Assembly (NCBI GenBank): GCA_050293845.1
Contig: JBNKNM010000062.1
Coordinates: 1 to 26,440, forward strand
Source: Pseudobacteriovorax sp.
GTDB lineage: Bacteria > Bdellovibrionota_B > Oligoflexia > Oligoflexales > Oligoflexaceae
DNA length: 26,440 nt
Direction: 5' to 3'
Shown: piece after piece, positions 10,065 to 19,832 of the stretch
Numbering within the stretch: position 1 is the stretch's first letter
Layout: each line of letters opens with the position of its first letter
Position numbers and translations under genes: made by a program
The notes under the pieces: model-generated
Told to the model about the DNA's origin: nothing
Seen by the model: only the letters and a program-made list of their open reading frames with translations
Database searches by the model: none

Positions 10065-10648
10065 GTACCTATGTAATTATAAACAGGCTTCAGTGGGAGC
10101 GGCGATGATATCTTAATGACCTATTCCCTAAGAACCCTGACTTTTAATATCTATATGGTAAAACTTCAATATTTCGATGATACTTTGAAACATTTTTTTG
10201 CCAAGAAAATGATTTTTTTTGCTTCTGCAGATTTTTGATTCGCGGGCGAGCTTCCTAGAAAGTTTTCATAATAACGATTGCGAATGGATGCGAAAAATAC
10301 ATATTATGAAAGCGTAAGACAAAATTATGTGCTGAAGTTAACTATCCTTAATCAGGATGATTTTTATGTCAAAGCCATACCCCGTCGGGGCCATTTTCAC
10401 ATCTCCGAATCATCCTTGGAAAAATATTTGCTTGCTGAGAAGACTAATTGTGGCAGTTGTGTTAAATAATTTAGCGCCTAATTGAGTGTGGAAAAGGAGC
10501 GCCAAAAGAGATATTGTGCTGGAGGAAAATTCTTATTTCTTGCACTAATTTCATAGTTATTATAACAAATCTCGGTTAAGTTAGCGGCATATTTTCTTTT
10601 CGCTATTTTTCATTTGTTGTTATCCCATTAACGGAGTAGGTCTAGCCC

Positions 10649-11713
10649 ATGGAACATCCCAAGAGATGGTTAAAGATTCTGTTAACTTTAGTCCTTCCCT
10701 TTATTCTGACATCCTGTTTTGAAAAGCTTCCCATGTCTACTGTTCACACTGTGACGGAGTGGGGACGACTGATCAATGAACTGTATCTGTTAACCACCAT
10801 CATTGTGACAGTTATCTTTTTTGCTGTAGCCATACCATTTTGCTTTGCAATTTGGAAATTCCGCGAAAAAGAAGGGGATAACCATATACCGAAGCAGGTG
10901 CACGGCAATCACATCCTGGAAATCCTCTGGACCATTATTCCAGTGGTTTTGCTCATCCTCATCTTTATACCAACTTTTGAGTTGATTCTGCGCCAAAGTG
11001 AAGAAGCTCCGGAAGACGCTTTAGTAGTGGAAGCCGTCGCGCATCAATGGTGGTGGGAGTTCCGTTATCCTGAGTATGGGATCGTTACTGCAAACGAAAT
11101 GTTTTTACCTGAAAATCGACCAGTCTCCATAAAGCTGACTTCAGCTGATGTTATCCATAGTTTTTGGATTCCTCGTTGGGGTGGTAAAGTGGATAATCTT
11201 CCGGGAGAGGAAAATATAATAAACTATGTCACACCAGCTGTTGAAAACCCTGAAGGTGATTATTACCAGGGACACTGTGTGGAACTCTGTGGTTTATCCC
11301 ATGCCCGGATGAGATTTCAGGCGATCGTCCTTCCTCAACAACGATTTGCCAGCTGGACAAAGGTGGCACAAACGCCACCGCAGATCACTACTGCCTTAGA
11401 GCAAAAAGGTCAGGATCTGTTTATGTCTAAGACATGTTTTACCTGTCATACTATAGAGGGGACACCTGCGAAGGGACGCATTGGTCCGGACCTGACAAAC
11501 CTTGGTAATCGTCGGATGATTGCGGCGGGAACTCTGCCAAATACGAATGACGGTCTACACGAGTGGTTGAGAGATTCTGTTGATTCCAAGGCTCCTTACC
11601 AAAATATAAAGCCAGGTAGCAAAATGATATTTGGCGAGGGCTATGAACTTACGGATGAAGAAATTAACGCATTATCGGCTTATTTGCTTAATGCCACAGC
11701 GAAGACTTACTAA
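10649..11713 (+). CDS. ctaC: Cytochrome c oxidase subunit II with fused cytochrome c (caa3-type)
   Basis: Lipobox LTSC, HQWWWEFRY, DVIHSFWIP, CuA motif CVELCGLSHARM, C-terminal CFTCH plus Met (PGSKM). Confidence 0.95.
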   Translation: MEHPKRWLKILLTLVLPFILTSCFEKLPMSTVHTVTEWGRLINELYLLTTIIVTVIFFAVAIPFCFAIWKFREKEGDNHIPKQVHGNHILEILWTIIPVVLLILIFIPTFELILRQSEEAPEDALVVEAVAHQWWWEFRYPEYGIVTANEMFLPENRPVSIKLTSADVIHSFWIPRWGGKVDNLPGEENIINYVTPAVENPEGDYYQGHCVELCGLSHARMRFQAIVLPQQRFASWTKVAQTPPQITTALEQKGQDLFMSKTCFTCHTIEGTPAKGRIGPDLTNLGNRRMIAAGTLPNTNDGLHEWLRDSVDSKAPYQNIKPGSKMIFGEGYELTDEEINALSAYLLNATAKTY

Positions 11714-11755
11714 CAAGTGGGCAGAGACATTGTATCAGGAGGAAAGATTAAAGAT

Positions 11756-13564
11756 ATGAGTAGTGTTAGCTCTCCAAAAACAGGACTTTGGAGTTGGATT
11801 ACAACAGTAGACCATAAGCGTATCGGCATTATGTATGCGCTTGCAGCTCTGTTTTTCATAATATTCGGTGGGGTGGAAGCCCTTCTTATGAGAACCCAGC
11901 TTCTGGTACCCAACAACGACTTTATTAGTGCACGTACTTTCAACAGTATGGTTACCATGCATGGTACCACTATGATATTCTTGGTGGTGATGCCCTTAAG
12001 TGCTGCATTTTTCAACTTTCTTACACCGCTGATGATCGGAGCGCGGGATGTAGCCTTTCCACGGTTGAATTCTTTAAGCTTTTGGATTTTTCTTTTCGGC
12101 GGCTTACTTCTTAATTATGGCTTTCTCATCGATCAGGTGCCCCGGGGTGGTTGGTTTGGCTATGCGAACCTCACTTCTTTACAATTTACTCCCGATAAGT
12201 CGGTTGATTTTTGGGCCATGGGCCTTCAGGTGGTGGGCTTAGCTTCACTTATCGCCTCTATAAATTTCTTTGTGACTATTTTGAATATGCGCTGCAAGGG
12301 TATGACTCTATTAAAAATGCCTATGTTCGTTTGGACAACTTTGGTGACACAGGTTTTATTGATGCTCTCTTTACCTGTTATTACCATTGCCTTGCTGATG
12401 GTTACTTTTGATCGCCACTTTGGTACTGGATTTTTTAATCCAGGCGATGGTGGTCAGGTTGTTTTATGGCAGCATCTATTTTGGGTATTTGGACACCCCG
12501 AGGTCTATATTTTGATTCTACCCGCCATGGGAATCGTATCCGAGGTTCTAGCGACCTTTTCGAAGAAGCCCTTATTTGGCTATTCGGTAATGGTTTATTC
12601 CAGCTGTGCCATCGGTTTTCTTGGATTTGCTGTTTGGGCTCACCATATGTTTACCACCGGTTTAGGACCGTGGGCTACGACCTTTTTCTCGGCAGCGACC
12701 ATGCTGATTGCTGTGCCCACAGGTGTGAAAATATTCAATTGGATTTCGACTGTGTGGGGAGGGCGCATCCGCTTTACCACAGCTAACCTATTCGCCTTAA
12801 GCTTTGTGGCCATGTTCACCTTAGGGGGACTTTCAGGGATTATGCACTCGTCAGCACCGATCGACTCCCAGCATCAAGACACATACTTTGTGGTAGCTCA
12901 CTTCCATTATGTTCTTTACGGTGGCGCTGTCATGGCCTTATTTGGCGGTATTTATTACTGGTTTCCTAAGGTTACCGGTCGTTTTATGGGTGAGAGCCTA
13001 GGTAAATTGCAGTTTTGGCTTTATATGATCGGCTTTAATGTCACCTTTTTCCCCATGCATTTCTTAGGGGTTCAGGGTATGCCACGACGTAATTATACAT
13101 TTGCCGCTGATCAAGGTTGGGATCTTTGGAACTTTGTTTCTTCAATAGGTGCGTATGCAACAGCCATTGGCGGGCTAGTGTTTGCCTTCAACTTATTTTG
13201 GAGTTTGAAAAAAGGTCAAAAGGCCAGTGGAGACTGCTGGGATGGCCGTACCCTTGAGTGGTCCATACCTTCTCCTCCTCCTGAATATAACTTTGGGGTT
13301 GAGCCAACCGTAACCCGTACCGATGACTTCTGGTATCAGAAGTACTCTGATGACGGCAAAAAGCTTCAGCTTCCTACACCGCCGAGTTACGATCCTGATA
13401 AAATTCATCTGCCAGGACCATCATATTGGCCTGTTTTACTGGCTGCTGGTATTACCACTGGCGCCGCTGGATTTTTTATTAGCGGAATCGGATTGATGGT
13501 TAGCTTAATTGGAGTCGGGATTATTCTTGTTAGTACGTTTGGCTGGGCATACGAAGAAGCTTAA
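11756..13564 (+). CDS. ctaD: Cytochrome c oxidase subunit I (type A1)
   Basis: TVDHKRIG, TMHG, GHPEVY, WAHH, AHFHY, GMPRR; C-terminal extra helices after HLPGPSYWP. The ORF track starts at GTG 11717; ATG 11756 follows AGGAGG. Confidence 0.97.
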   Translation: MSSVSSPKTGLWSWITTVDHKRIGIMYALAALFFIIFGGVEALLMRTQLLVPNNDFISARTFNSMVTMHGTTMIFLVVMPLSAAFFNFLTPLMIGARDVAFPRLNSLSFWIFLFGGLLLNYGFLIDQVPRGGWFGYANLTSLQFTPDKSVDFWAMGLQVVGLASLIASINFFVTILNMRCKGMTLLKMPMFVWTTLVTQVLLMLSLPVITIALLMVTFDRHFGTGFFNPGDGGQVVLWQHLFWVFGHPEVYILILPAMGIVSEVLATFSKKPLFGYSVMVYSSCAIGFLGFAVWAHHMFTTGLGPWATTFFSAATMLIAVPTGVKIFNWISTVWGGRIRFTTANLFALSFVAMFTLGGLSGIMHSSAPIDSQHQDTYFVVAHFHYVLYGGAVMALFGGIYYWFPKVTGRFMGESLGKLQFWLYMIGFNVTFFPMHFLGVQGMPRRNYTFAADQGWDLWNFVSSIGAYATAIGGLVFAFNLFWSLKKGQKASGDCWDGRTLEWSIPSPPPEYNFGVEPTVTRTDDFWYQKYSDDGKKLQLPTPPSYDPDKIHLPGPSYWPVLLAAGITTGAAGFFISGIGLMVSLIGVGIILVSTFGWAYEEA

Positions 13565-13576
13565 TCGGAGGATTGG

Positions 13577-14158
13577 ATGAGCGCTAATATAGAAACCGTT
13601 ACGGGTGTTGATAACCGAAAGTTTGCAATGTGGTCTCTGATAGCTTCAGAGTGCTTCTTGTTCGGAACCTTGATTACCAATTATTTAGTCAACCGCGATC
13701 GCGGTCTGCAAGGACCCACGGGACAGCAGATATTTGATATTGATCTCACAACTCTTAGTACTTTTGACCTACTGATGAGTTCTGTGGCTATGGTGCTGGC
13801 ACTTCATTTCTGTAAAACTAAAGAACTTCGCAAAATGCAGCTGTGGTTGGCTGTGGTGGTACTGGGAGGGGCGATATTCCTTGGTTTCCAAGCTTATGAA
13901 TTTACGCACTTTGTACACGCCGGCTTAAAGCTTGATACTAATGTGTTTGGCTCCGCTTTTTATATGCTGACCGGTTGCCATGGTTTGCACGTTGCAGTGG
14001 GGGTCATCTGGATGTCGACCTTACTTGTGAATTCCTTACGGCGGGGTGCTTCCTGGTTTGATAGTGATATAATTGAAGTTGCAGGACTCTATTGGCACTT
14101 CGTGGATGTTGTTTGGATTATCATTTTTACGGTCGTATATCTATTTGTCTACGTATAG
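13577..14158 (+). CDS. ctaE: Cytochrome c oxidase subunit III (short form)
   Basis: IASECFLFGTL, FYMLTGCHGLHV, GLYWHFVDVVW. Confidence 0.95.
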   Translation: MSANIETVTGVDNRKFAMWSLIASECFLFGTLITNYLVNRDRGLQGPTGQQIFDIDLTTLSTFDLLMSSVAMVLALHFCKTKELRKMQLWLAVVVLGGAIFLGFQAYEFTHFVHAGLKLDTNVFGSAFYMLTGCHGLHVAVGVIWMSTLLVNSLRRGASWFDSDIIEVAGLYWHFVDVVWIIIFTVVYLFVYV

Positions 14159-14170
14159 GACGGAGTTTGT

Positions 14171-14461
14171 ATGTCTGAATCTCAAGCCCATGGTGGCGTG
14201 AAGCTATATTGGATATTTTGTTTTATTTTATGTGCTATAACCGCATCTGAATGGGCTATTTTTAAATTTAAAGAGCCTTGGGGTATTAGCAATGCAGTTC
14301 TGATTGCTACCTTAAGTGTGTGCTCGTTAATTAAGTTTGGCATGGTTGTAGGCTGGTATATGCACCTGCGCTACGACCCTAGAATGCTAAAGAATGTGTT
14401 CATATTTTCGCTGTTGTTAGCCAGTGGCATTATGGGCGGTCTTTTGCTGCTGTTTCAATAA
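14171..14461 (+). CDS. ctaF: Cytochrome c oxidase subunit IV
   Basis: Small three-helix membrane protein with K..VVGWYMHLRYD motif; position in the operon. Confidence 0.85.
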   Translation: MSESQAHGGVKLYWIFCFILCAITASEWAIFKFKEPWGISNAVLIATLSVCSLIKFGMVVGWYMHLRYDPRMLKNVFIFSLLLASGIMGGLLLLFQ

Positions 14462-14531
14462 AACCTCGCTTGTTATTAGCTGAAATTCAGAATATGGTGT
14501 GGCTCTTCTTGGTTTAGCTGGGGTTTGAGTC

Positions 14532-15428
14532 ATGCCATTTTTGTATGCCCATGAAGTATATGATCGTCTACCAAACGATTTTTTCGAGCTAAAATGGGAC
14601 TGGGACCCATCCTTAGTATTCTTTTTTTTCATTTTGTTGGTTTATATACGAGCCTTACCCAAGTTTCGGAGAAAGCCTGTTGCGCGATGGCAGATCGGGC
14701 TCTTTATCAGTGGTATTGTCATAAATCTGATCGCCCTCTCTCCACCTATTGACCCATTATCCGATCAGCTCTTCTGGGTGCATATGGTTCAACATTTGAT
14801 GATTACCCATCTTGGTGTTCCCTTGATGCTATTTGGGGTGCCTTTTTTTGTGATTATACGCGGCATTCCATTATTTGTGCGCCGCTATGTATATTTTCCT
14901 TTGCTAAGAAGCGGCATGTTGCGTTTTCTCAACACAACTATTGCCCGTCCGTTACCCTCATTGATTCTATTTGAAGTGAATTATTGGCTTTGGCATGTGC
15001 CAAGATTTTATAATCTAGCTTTATTAAACGATTTCTATCATCTTTTGGAGCATGCTTGCTTTGCTATTACGGCGATACTGCTGTGGCGTAATATTATTGA
15101 TCCCCACCCGATTCGCTCGCCGCTTCCCCTACCGGCGCGTTTGCTGTTTCTGGGATTTATTATGGCCCTTAACGTCGCCTTGAGCGCTTATCTCACCTTT
15201 TCGGATAAGATTCTATATGCCTATGAAGGCATTCCTCTGCCCAGCTGGTGGCAGAAATGGGGCCACTTGCAAGATCAGCGGGTAGGCGGGCTGATTATGT
15301 GGGTTCCCGGCGGTTTCGTGATGCTGATCGCCACCACAGCGGTGTTCTTTGTTTGGGCCCGCCGCGAGAAACAGAAAGAGGAGGCCCTGATTGCCGAGCA
15401 AAAGAGCAGCCGACAGGTGGCATATTAG
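14532..15428 (+). CDS. ctaG: caa3-type cytochrome c oxidase assembly factor CtaG
   Basis: SPPIDPLS, HMVQH, WHVP, HLLEH, DQRVGGLIMW motifs of the Caa3_CtaG family. Confidence 0.9.
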   Translation: MPFLYAHEVYDRLPNDFFELKWDWDPSLVFFFFILLVYIRALPKFRRKPVARWQIGLFISGIVINLIALSPPIDPLSDQLFWVHMVQHLMITHLGVPLMLFGVPFFVIIRGIPLFVRRYVYFPLLRSGMLRFLNTTIARPLPSLILFEVNYWLWHVPRFYNLALLNDFYHLLEHACFAITAILLWRNIIDPHPIRSPLPLPARLLFLGFIMALNVALSAYLTFSDKILYAYEGIPLPSWWQKWGHLQDQRVGGLIMWVPGGFVMLIATTAVFFVWARREKQKEEALIAEQKSSRQVAY

Positions 15429-15454
15429 TTTTTAGATCTTGTTCTAAAATTTTG

Positions 15455-15483
15455 TTGACAGAATCCTAAGTGATCCCTATATT
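15455..15483 (+). promoter_or_regulatory. sigma70 promoter of tRNA-Asp copy 1
   Basis: TTGACA-N17-TATATT ending 14 nt before the tRNA. Confidence 0.8.
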
Positions 15484-15497
15484 TCATCCTCATCAGC

Positions 15498-15574
<77 letters not shown>

Positions 15575-15587
15575 CTCAAAGAAGATT

Positions 15588-15617
15588 AAAAACCCAGTTC
15601 TCTTAGCTGGGTTTTTT
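15588..15617 (+). terminator. Rho-independent terminator after tRNA-Asp copy 1
   Basis: AAAAACCCAG...CTGGGTTTTTT hairpin, possibly bidirectional. Confidence 0.8.
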
Positions 15618-15866
15618 GTGTTTAGGGTTGGCTTTGTTGCTAGCTTTTGTGAGCTATTAGCAATAATTATAGGCGGTTTGTCTGCCAGTGCTTTGCGCAT
15701 TCGTCTTTGTCTGTTGAGTAGACCAATAGCGATCGGGTCATAACCATAAGAAAGAAGGGCATGTTATTCAAATGCAGATTCGTAGTGAATTGTAGTTTAT
15801 AGTAAGCTAAGTAGCAGGAAATTCAAAAGTAAGTTGATATGAACCGCTCCCGCCACATTTAAGCCC

Positions 15867-16586
15867 TTACATCGGTACTTCCATAACTAGCAGTTCACAA
15901 TCCGTCTTAGCTTTCAAAGCAATATCTTCTTCGGCCCCGATAATCCCTAATCCATCCCTAGTCTGCAGCTCTTGCTCTGCAGCTATCAACCGTCCCGATA
16001 ATAGGAATAAATAAACCCCATTGTCTGGTTGATAAAGTTGATACTTTTCTGATCGATCCTCTTTGAGATTAAGAAGAGAGAAGTAAGCTTTCTGGTTGAT
16101 CTTGACTCCTGGCAAATCCGTCGTTAATGGAGATACAACGAGCTGCCACTGATTGCTACGCTCCGCCAGCGCAAATTTTTTCTGGTGGTAGCGAGGAGTG
16201 ATATTTTGTTTCTCAGGTAGTACCCAAATCTGCAGAAAATTAGTTTGGCCATCCTGGGACGCATTAAATTCCGAATGCACAATACCAGTACCTGCGGACA
16301 TGATTTGTATTTCACCAGCAGCAATTTCAGCCTTGTTCCCCCTGTTATCTTCATGAAGCAAACGACCGCTCAAGGGAATCGATATAATCTCCATATTTTC
16401 ATGGGGGTGGCTCCCAAATCCGTGACCCGGTGCCACAAGGTCGTCATTGATAACCCGCAAGGCGCCAAAACCCATTCGATCGGGATTATAGTAGCCGGCA
16501 AAGCTAAAACTGTGGTGACTCTTAAGCCAGCCATGGTTCGCTATGCCGCGGCTGCTGGCAGCGTGAAATATCTTCTCCATAGGCAT
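15867..16586 (-). CDS. Pirin family protein (YhhW-like, cupin)
   Basis: GWLKSHHSFSFAGYY, GFGALRVINDD, GFGSHPHENMEI, MSAGTGIVHSE, LQIW; RBS GGGAGG. Confidence 0.95.
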   Translation of the reverse strand: MPMEKIFHAASSRGIANHGWLKSHHSFSFAGYYNPDRMGFGALRVINDDLVAPGHGFGSHPHENMEIISIPLSGRLLHEDNRGNKAEIAAGEIQIMSAGTGIVHSEFNASQDGQTNFLQIWVLPEKQNITPRYHQKKFALAERSNQWQLVVSPLTTDLPGVKINQKAYFSLLNLKEDRSEKYQLYQPDNGVYLFLLSGRLIAAEQELQTRDGLGIIGAEEDIALKAKTDCELLVMEVPM

Positions 16587-16736
16587 AGATTCCTCCCTTG
16601 GTAGTGGTTATTCTTCTTGTCATTACGACCCAATATAGCAAAGCTCCTTAAAGGAATACATCTCGATTTTACGTCAACAATTGGGTCTGCTTGGTTCGTG
16701 TGGTGGGGAATGAAGCGCTATGTGCTGATATGAAAA

Positions 16737-16813
<77 letters not shown>

Positions 16814-16829
16814 GCTTGGAAGGATTCCC

Positions 16830-16858
16830 AATATAAGGATGCGACTCTTTTCTGTCTA
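16830..16858 (-). promoter_or_regulatory. sigma70 promoter of tRNA-Asp copy 2
   Basis: Minus strand TAGACA-N17-TATATT. Confidence 0.7.
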
Positions 16859-16973
16859 CAAAAAAAGAGAGTAGTTTCAGCTTTTTATGAAAGTCATAAG
16901 GACACACCATTTTTTTTGCATCCAAAAGGAACTGTCCCGAACTCTAATAAGTAACGAATGAATTGGGAGGTTT

Positions 16974-17567
16974 ATGGTCATGGAAAAATTGTCTTTTATC
17001 TTGTTATTTGGGATTCTGGTTTGGGGGCACAACGCGCGGAGTGAAGAAGCAGACGTTCCAGTCAATGCCGATGACCAAACAATAAGACTGGAAATTGATG
17101 TTCCACAACATGTTACGGATAAGCTGGGTCCGGAGGAATTAAATAAGTTACTGCGGTCGGCCATGCATCGCCGCAGCAACAATGCTTTTAATGATCTGGA
17201 AGATATTCTTGTGCCGGCCATTGTCTTTACGGCCCTAGTGCTGATCGTATTTATCACACTTTATCTACCGTTTCGCAAATACAAGGAACTTCAAGAAACG
17301 GTGAGACAAATGTCGCAGCAAAAACTGGAAATACCAGAAGCCATCTTAACCGCTCTCCAGGCTCCTCGGGTTCCCACTGCTTGGTCCGATTTAAGGAAGG
17401 GATTATTACTTTCAGCACTGGGGATAGGCACATCAGTGATTATTTTGTTTGTCAACCCCGATGTCATTGAGGATGGTACTTGGGGTGTAGGTTTGTTACC
17501 TTTAGCGATCGGGGGGGCGTATACCTTGCTTTGGTATATTGGACGGGATAAAGAAATGGATACCTAG
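16974..17567 (+). CDS. DUF6249-like membrane protein associated with an ECF sigma factor
   Basis: Signal-like N-terminus, then ILVPAIVF...ETVRQM...SDLRKGLLL..LGIG...GLLPLAIGGAY pattern; RBS GGGAGG; directly precedes the ECF sigma gene. Confidence 0.7.
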   Translation: MVMEKLSFILLFGILVWGHNARSEEADVPVNADDQTIRLEIDVPQHVTDKLGPEELNKLLRSAMHRRSNNAFNDLEDILVPAIVFTALVLIVFITLYLPFRKYKELQETVRQMSQQKLEIPEAILTALQAPRVPTAWSDLRKGLLLSALGIGTSVIILFVNPDVIEDGTWGVGLLPLAIGGAYTLLWYIGRDKEMDT

Positions 17568-17571
17568 ACCC

Positions 17572-18099
17572 ATGCTTGTTGACGAACAGGAATTAATTAA
17601 ACGGGTCATTGTTAACGACGACCAGTTGGCCTTTAAAGAGTTGGTGAAATATCATCAATCGGCTCTTAGGTTGTTCTTACGACGTATCCTCAAGAAAGAG
17701 GAGCTTGCGGATGAAGTGGCCCAAGAAGCCTTTTGGATTGCTTACCGCAAGCTAGACCAACTGCAAAAGGGGAACCTGCGCTCCTGGCTTTTTACCATAG
17801 CTTACCGCCTTGCGCTAAAAGAGCTGAAAATACAGAATCGGGTTCCTATGTGGGAACAAGAAAACCAAGTGGAGTGGGGGCAGAGGGCTGGCAGCGACCT
17901 GCAATGTGATTTGAGTCGTGCCTTGAGCCAGCTTCCCGCAGAAGATCGCCAGCTATTATTGGCGTGGGCAAAACAGGGGCTGAGTCATCAGGAGCTGGCA
18001 ACAAGCTATGGGATGCCCCTGGGATCTGTAAAAAGTATTATTATGAGGGCCCGGTATAAACTCAAGCGCAAACTTGCCGATTGGCGTCTAGGAGGTTAA
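17572..18099 (+). CDS. ECF-type RNA polymerase sigma factor
   Basis: Region 2 (AFKELVKYHQ, ADEVAQEAF, LRSWLFTIAYR) and region 4 (ALSQLP...GLSHQELA...PLGSVKS..RAR). ATG 17572 lies just after the upstream stop. Confidence 0.93.
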   Translation: MLVDEQELIKRVIVNDDQLAFKELVKYHQSALRLFLRRILKKEELADEVAQEAFWIAYRKLDQLQKGNLRSWLFTIAYRLALKELKIQNRVPMWEQENQVEWGQRAGSDLQCDLSRALSQLPAEDRQLLLAWAKQGLSHQELATSYGMPLGSVKSIIMRARYKLKRKLADWRLGG

Positions 18100-18102
18100 A
18101 AC

Positions 18103-18384
18103 GTGGATAATCATACAAATTCCTCGGAATACATAGGAGATAACGGCTTTAGCGACAAGACTTTATCATACATAGCAAAAAAGAAATTGCAGCGTCGCCG
18201 TGTGCTTATGCTAGGGCTATCTATTGGATTCTTCTGTCTTTTGACGATCGGAGATTACTCGACAGAGCAATTATTACCTTACGGTCATTTCATGCTGGGT
18301 GAAACTTTTTTGAAGGTTGGATTTTATTTCGTGTCACTCGGTTTCTTTGCATTTATTCTAGCAACAGAAGCCGTAAATGATTAG
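18103..18384 (+). CDS. Small membrane protein, probable anti-sigma factor
   Basis: YIGDNGFSDK motif followed by two hydrophobic helices; RBS GGAGG; immediately after the sigma gene. Confidence 0.65.
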   Translation: MDNHTNSSEYIGDNGFSDKTLSYIAKKKLQRRRVLMLGLSIGFFCLLTIGDYSTEQLLPYGHFMLGETFLKVGFYFVSLGFFAFILATEAVND

Positions 18385-18512
18385 CTAACTTGGACTAATT
18401 TGAGTTTTCTTATAAGGGTTTTCGTTACCTGGTGCGTACGCTTTTTTAGCTTCAGTTACCGCATCAGCTTTCCGACAAATAAGATAGTTGTCACTAGGAA
18501 AGATAAGAGACC

Positions 18513-19760
18513 GTGATAAAGCAAAAGAAACGCTTCGATGCAGGTGAGTTGATCTTTCTCGAAGGAGAGTTTGGTAGCTGTGCCTATATCATAGAAAGCG
18601 GACAAGTTGAGATATTTGTGGGACCTGTAGATAGCTCAGTATGTTTAGCCACTTTTGGAATCGGCGAAATCTTTGGTGAAATGTCGGTTATCGATGGATC
18701 GCCCCGATCGGCATCCGCTAAGGCTTTAGAACCTTGTGAACTGATTGTTATATCTTCCGAAGCTATTTCGGAGCGTATCGATGATGCTGATCCCATTGTT
18801 CAATTTCTTATTTCGATGCTATTGCAACGGATGCGATTGACCAACCGTGCTGTAGGACAAGAAACCAATCTTACAGAGAAAGAAAAAATAGCGCCACCAG
18901 CTTTACTCTCCCTGGAAAGCCAGGAAAAAAAAATTCAGACCGAAAAAGTCATTGAAAAAATGCGCGTCGAATCCGAGCTGAAACATGCTCTTGTTGCCGA
19001 CGAGTTCACTTTACACTACCAACCCATTTATGAATTGAACGTGAGGGGCATTGCTGGATTTGAAGCTCTTATCCGTTGGAATAGTCCTTCCCGTGGTCTT
19101 GTGCGACCGGACTTGTTTATGGGTATTGCTGAGGAAACTTCACTGATCGTGCCCATTGGTCGCTGGGTTATCGAAAGGGCTTGCCAGGACCTTCAGCGTT
19201 TCAGAAAGCATGAAGCTCTAGCTGGTATGGGTTATCAGGATATTTTTATCAGTATTAATATTTCCGGAAGACAATTTCAAGATCCTCATTTCTTTGATCA
19301 CTTGGTTGCAACTGTAAGAAATTATGGTCTTTGTAGTTCGCAAATTAAGCTTGAAGTCACTGAGAGAGTTTTAATGGAAGGCCCTACAGCTCTTTATTAT
19401 ATTAAAAAGTGCCGAGATTTGGGCTTTCATATCTCCTTGGATGACTTTGGTACTGGGTATTCTAGTCTGAGCTACTTAGCTCAATTTCAGGTTGATAGTT
19501 TGAAGGTTGATCAATCCTTTATTAAAAAGATGCTGCAAGACCCTAAAACTTTCGTTATCACCCAGTCTATCATTTCCATGGCAAATGGACTTAATATTCC
19601 CGTGATTGCTGAAGGCATTGAGAATCGTGAAGAGTATCTTGCGCTTACAGAGGAAATGTTTTGTCGCTTTGGTCAAGGATACTGGTTTAGCCGGCCCATG
19701 CCCTTTCAGGATATTCTAGGACTTTTGGAAGATTCCATTCAGCACGATAAGGTTTCCTAA
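18513..19760 (+). CDS. cNMP-binding domain + EAL c-di-GMP phosphodiesterase
   Basis: GEIFGEMS..DGSPRSASA (phosphate-binding cassette); EAL motifs FEALIRW, INIS, LEVTE, DDFGTGYSSL, KVDQSF, AEGIE, GQGY. Confidence 0.93.
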   Translation: MIKQKKRFDAGELIFLEGEFGSCAYIIESGQVEIFVGPVDSSVCLATFGIGEIFGEMSVIDGSPRSASAKALEPCELIVISSEAISERIDDADPIVQFLISMLLQRMRLTNRAVGQETNLTEKEKIAPPALLSLESQEKKIQTEKVIEKMRVESELKHALVADEFTLHYQPIYELNVRGIAGFEALIRWNSPSRGLVRPDLFMGIAEETSLIVPIGRWVIERACQDLQRFRKHEALAGMGYQDIFISINISGRQFQDPHFFDHLVATVRNYGLCSSQIKLEVTERVLMEGPTALYYIKKCRDLGFHISLDDFGTGYSSLSYLAQFQVDSLKVDQSFIKKMLQDPKTFVITQSIISMANGLNIPVIAEGIENREEYLALTEEMFCRFGQGYWFSRPMPFQDILGLLEDSIQHDKVS

Positions 19761-19832
19761 CCGCAGCGTACCTAGGTAGGTGAGATCGAAAGCTTGCATA
19801 ACGCAGCAAGCGAAGAATTTTTCAGATTCCGG

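Noticed and set aside
10264..10311. Inverted repeat TTTCATAATA/TATTATGAAA and 63-aa ORF 10278-10469 upstream of ctaC
   Set aside because: AT-only arms with a 28-nt spacer in AT-rich DNA could be chance; the ORF has a TTG start and no motif. No FNR or sigma54 consensus found.
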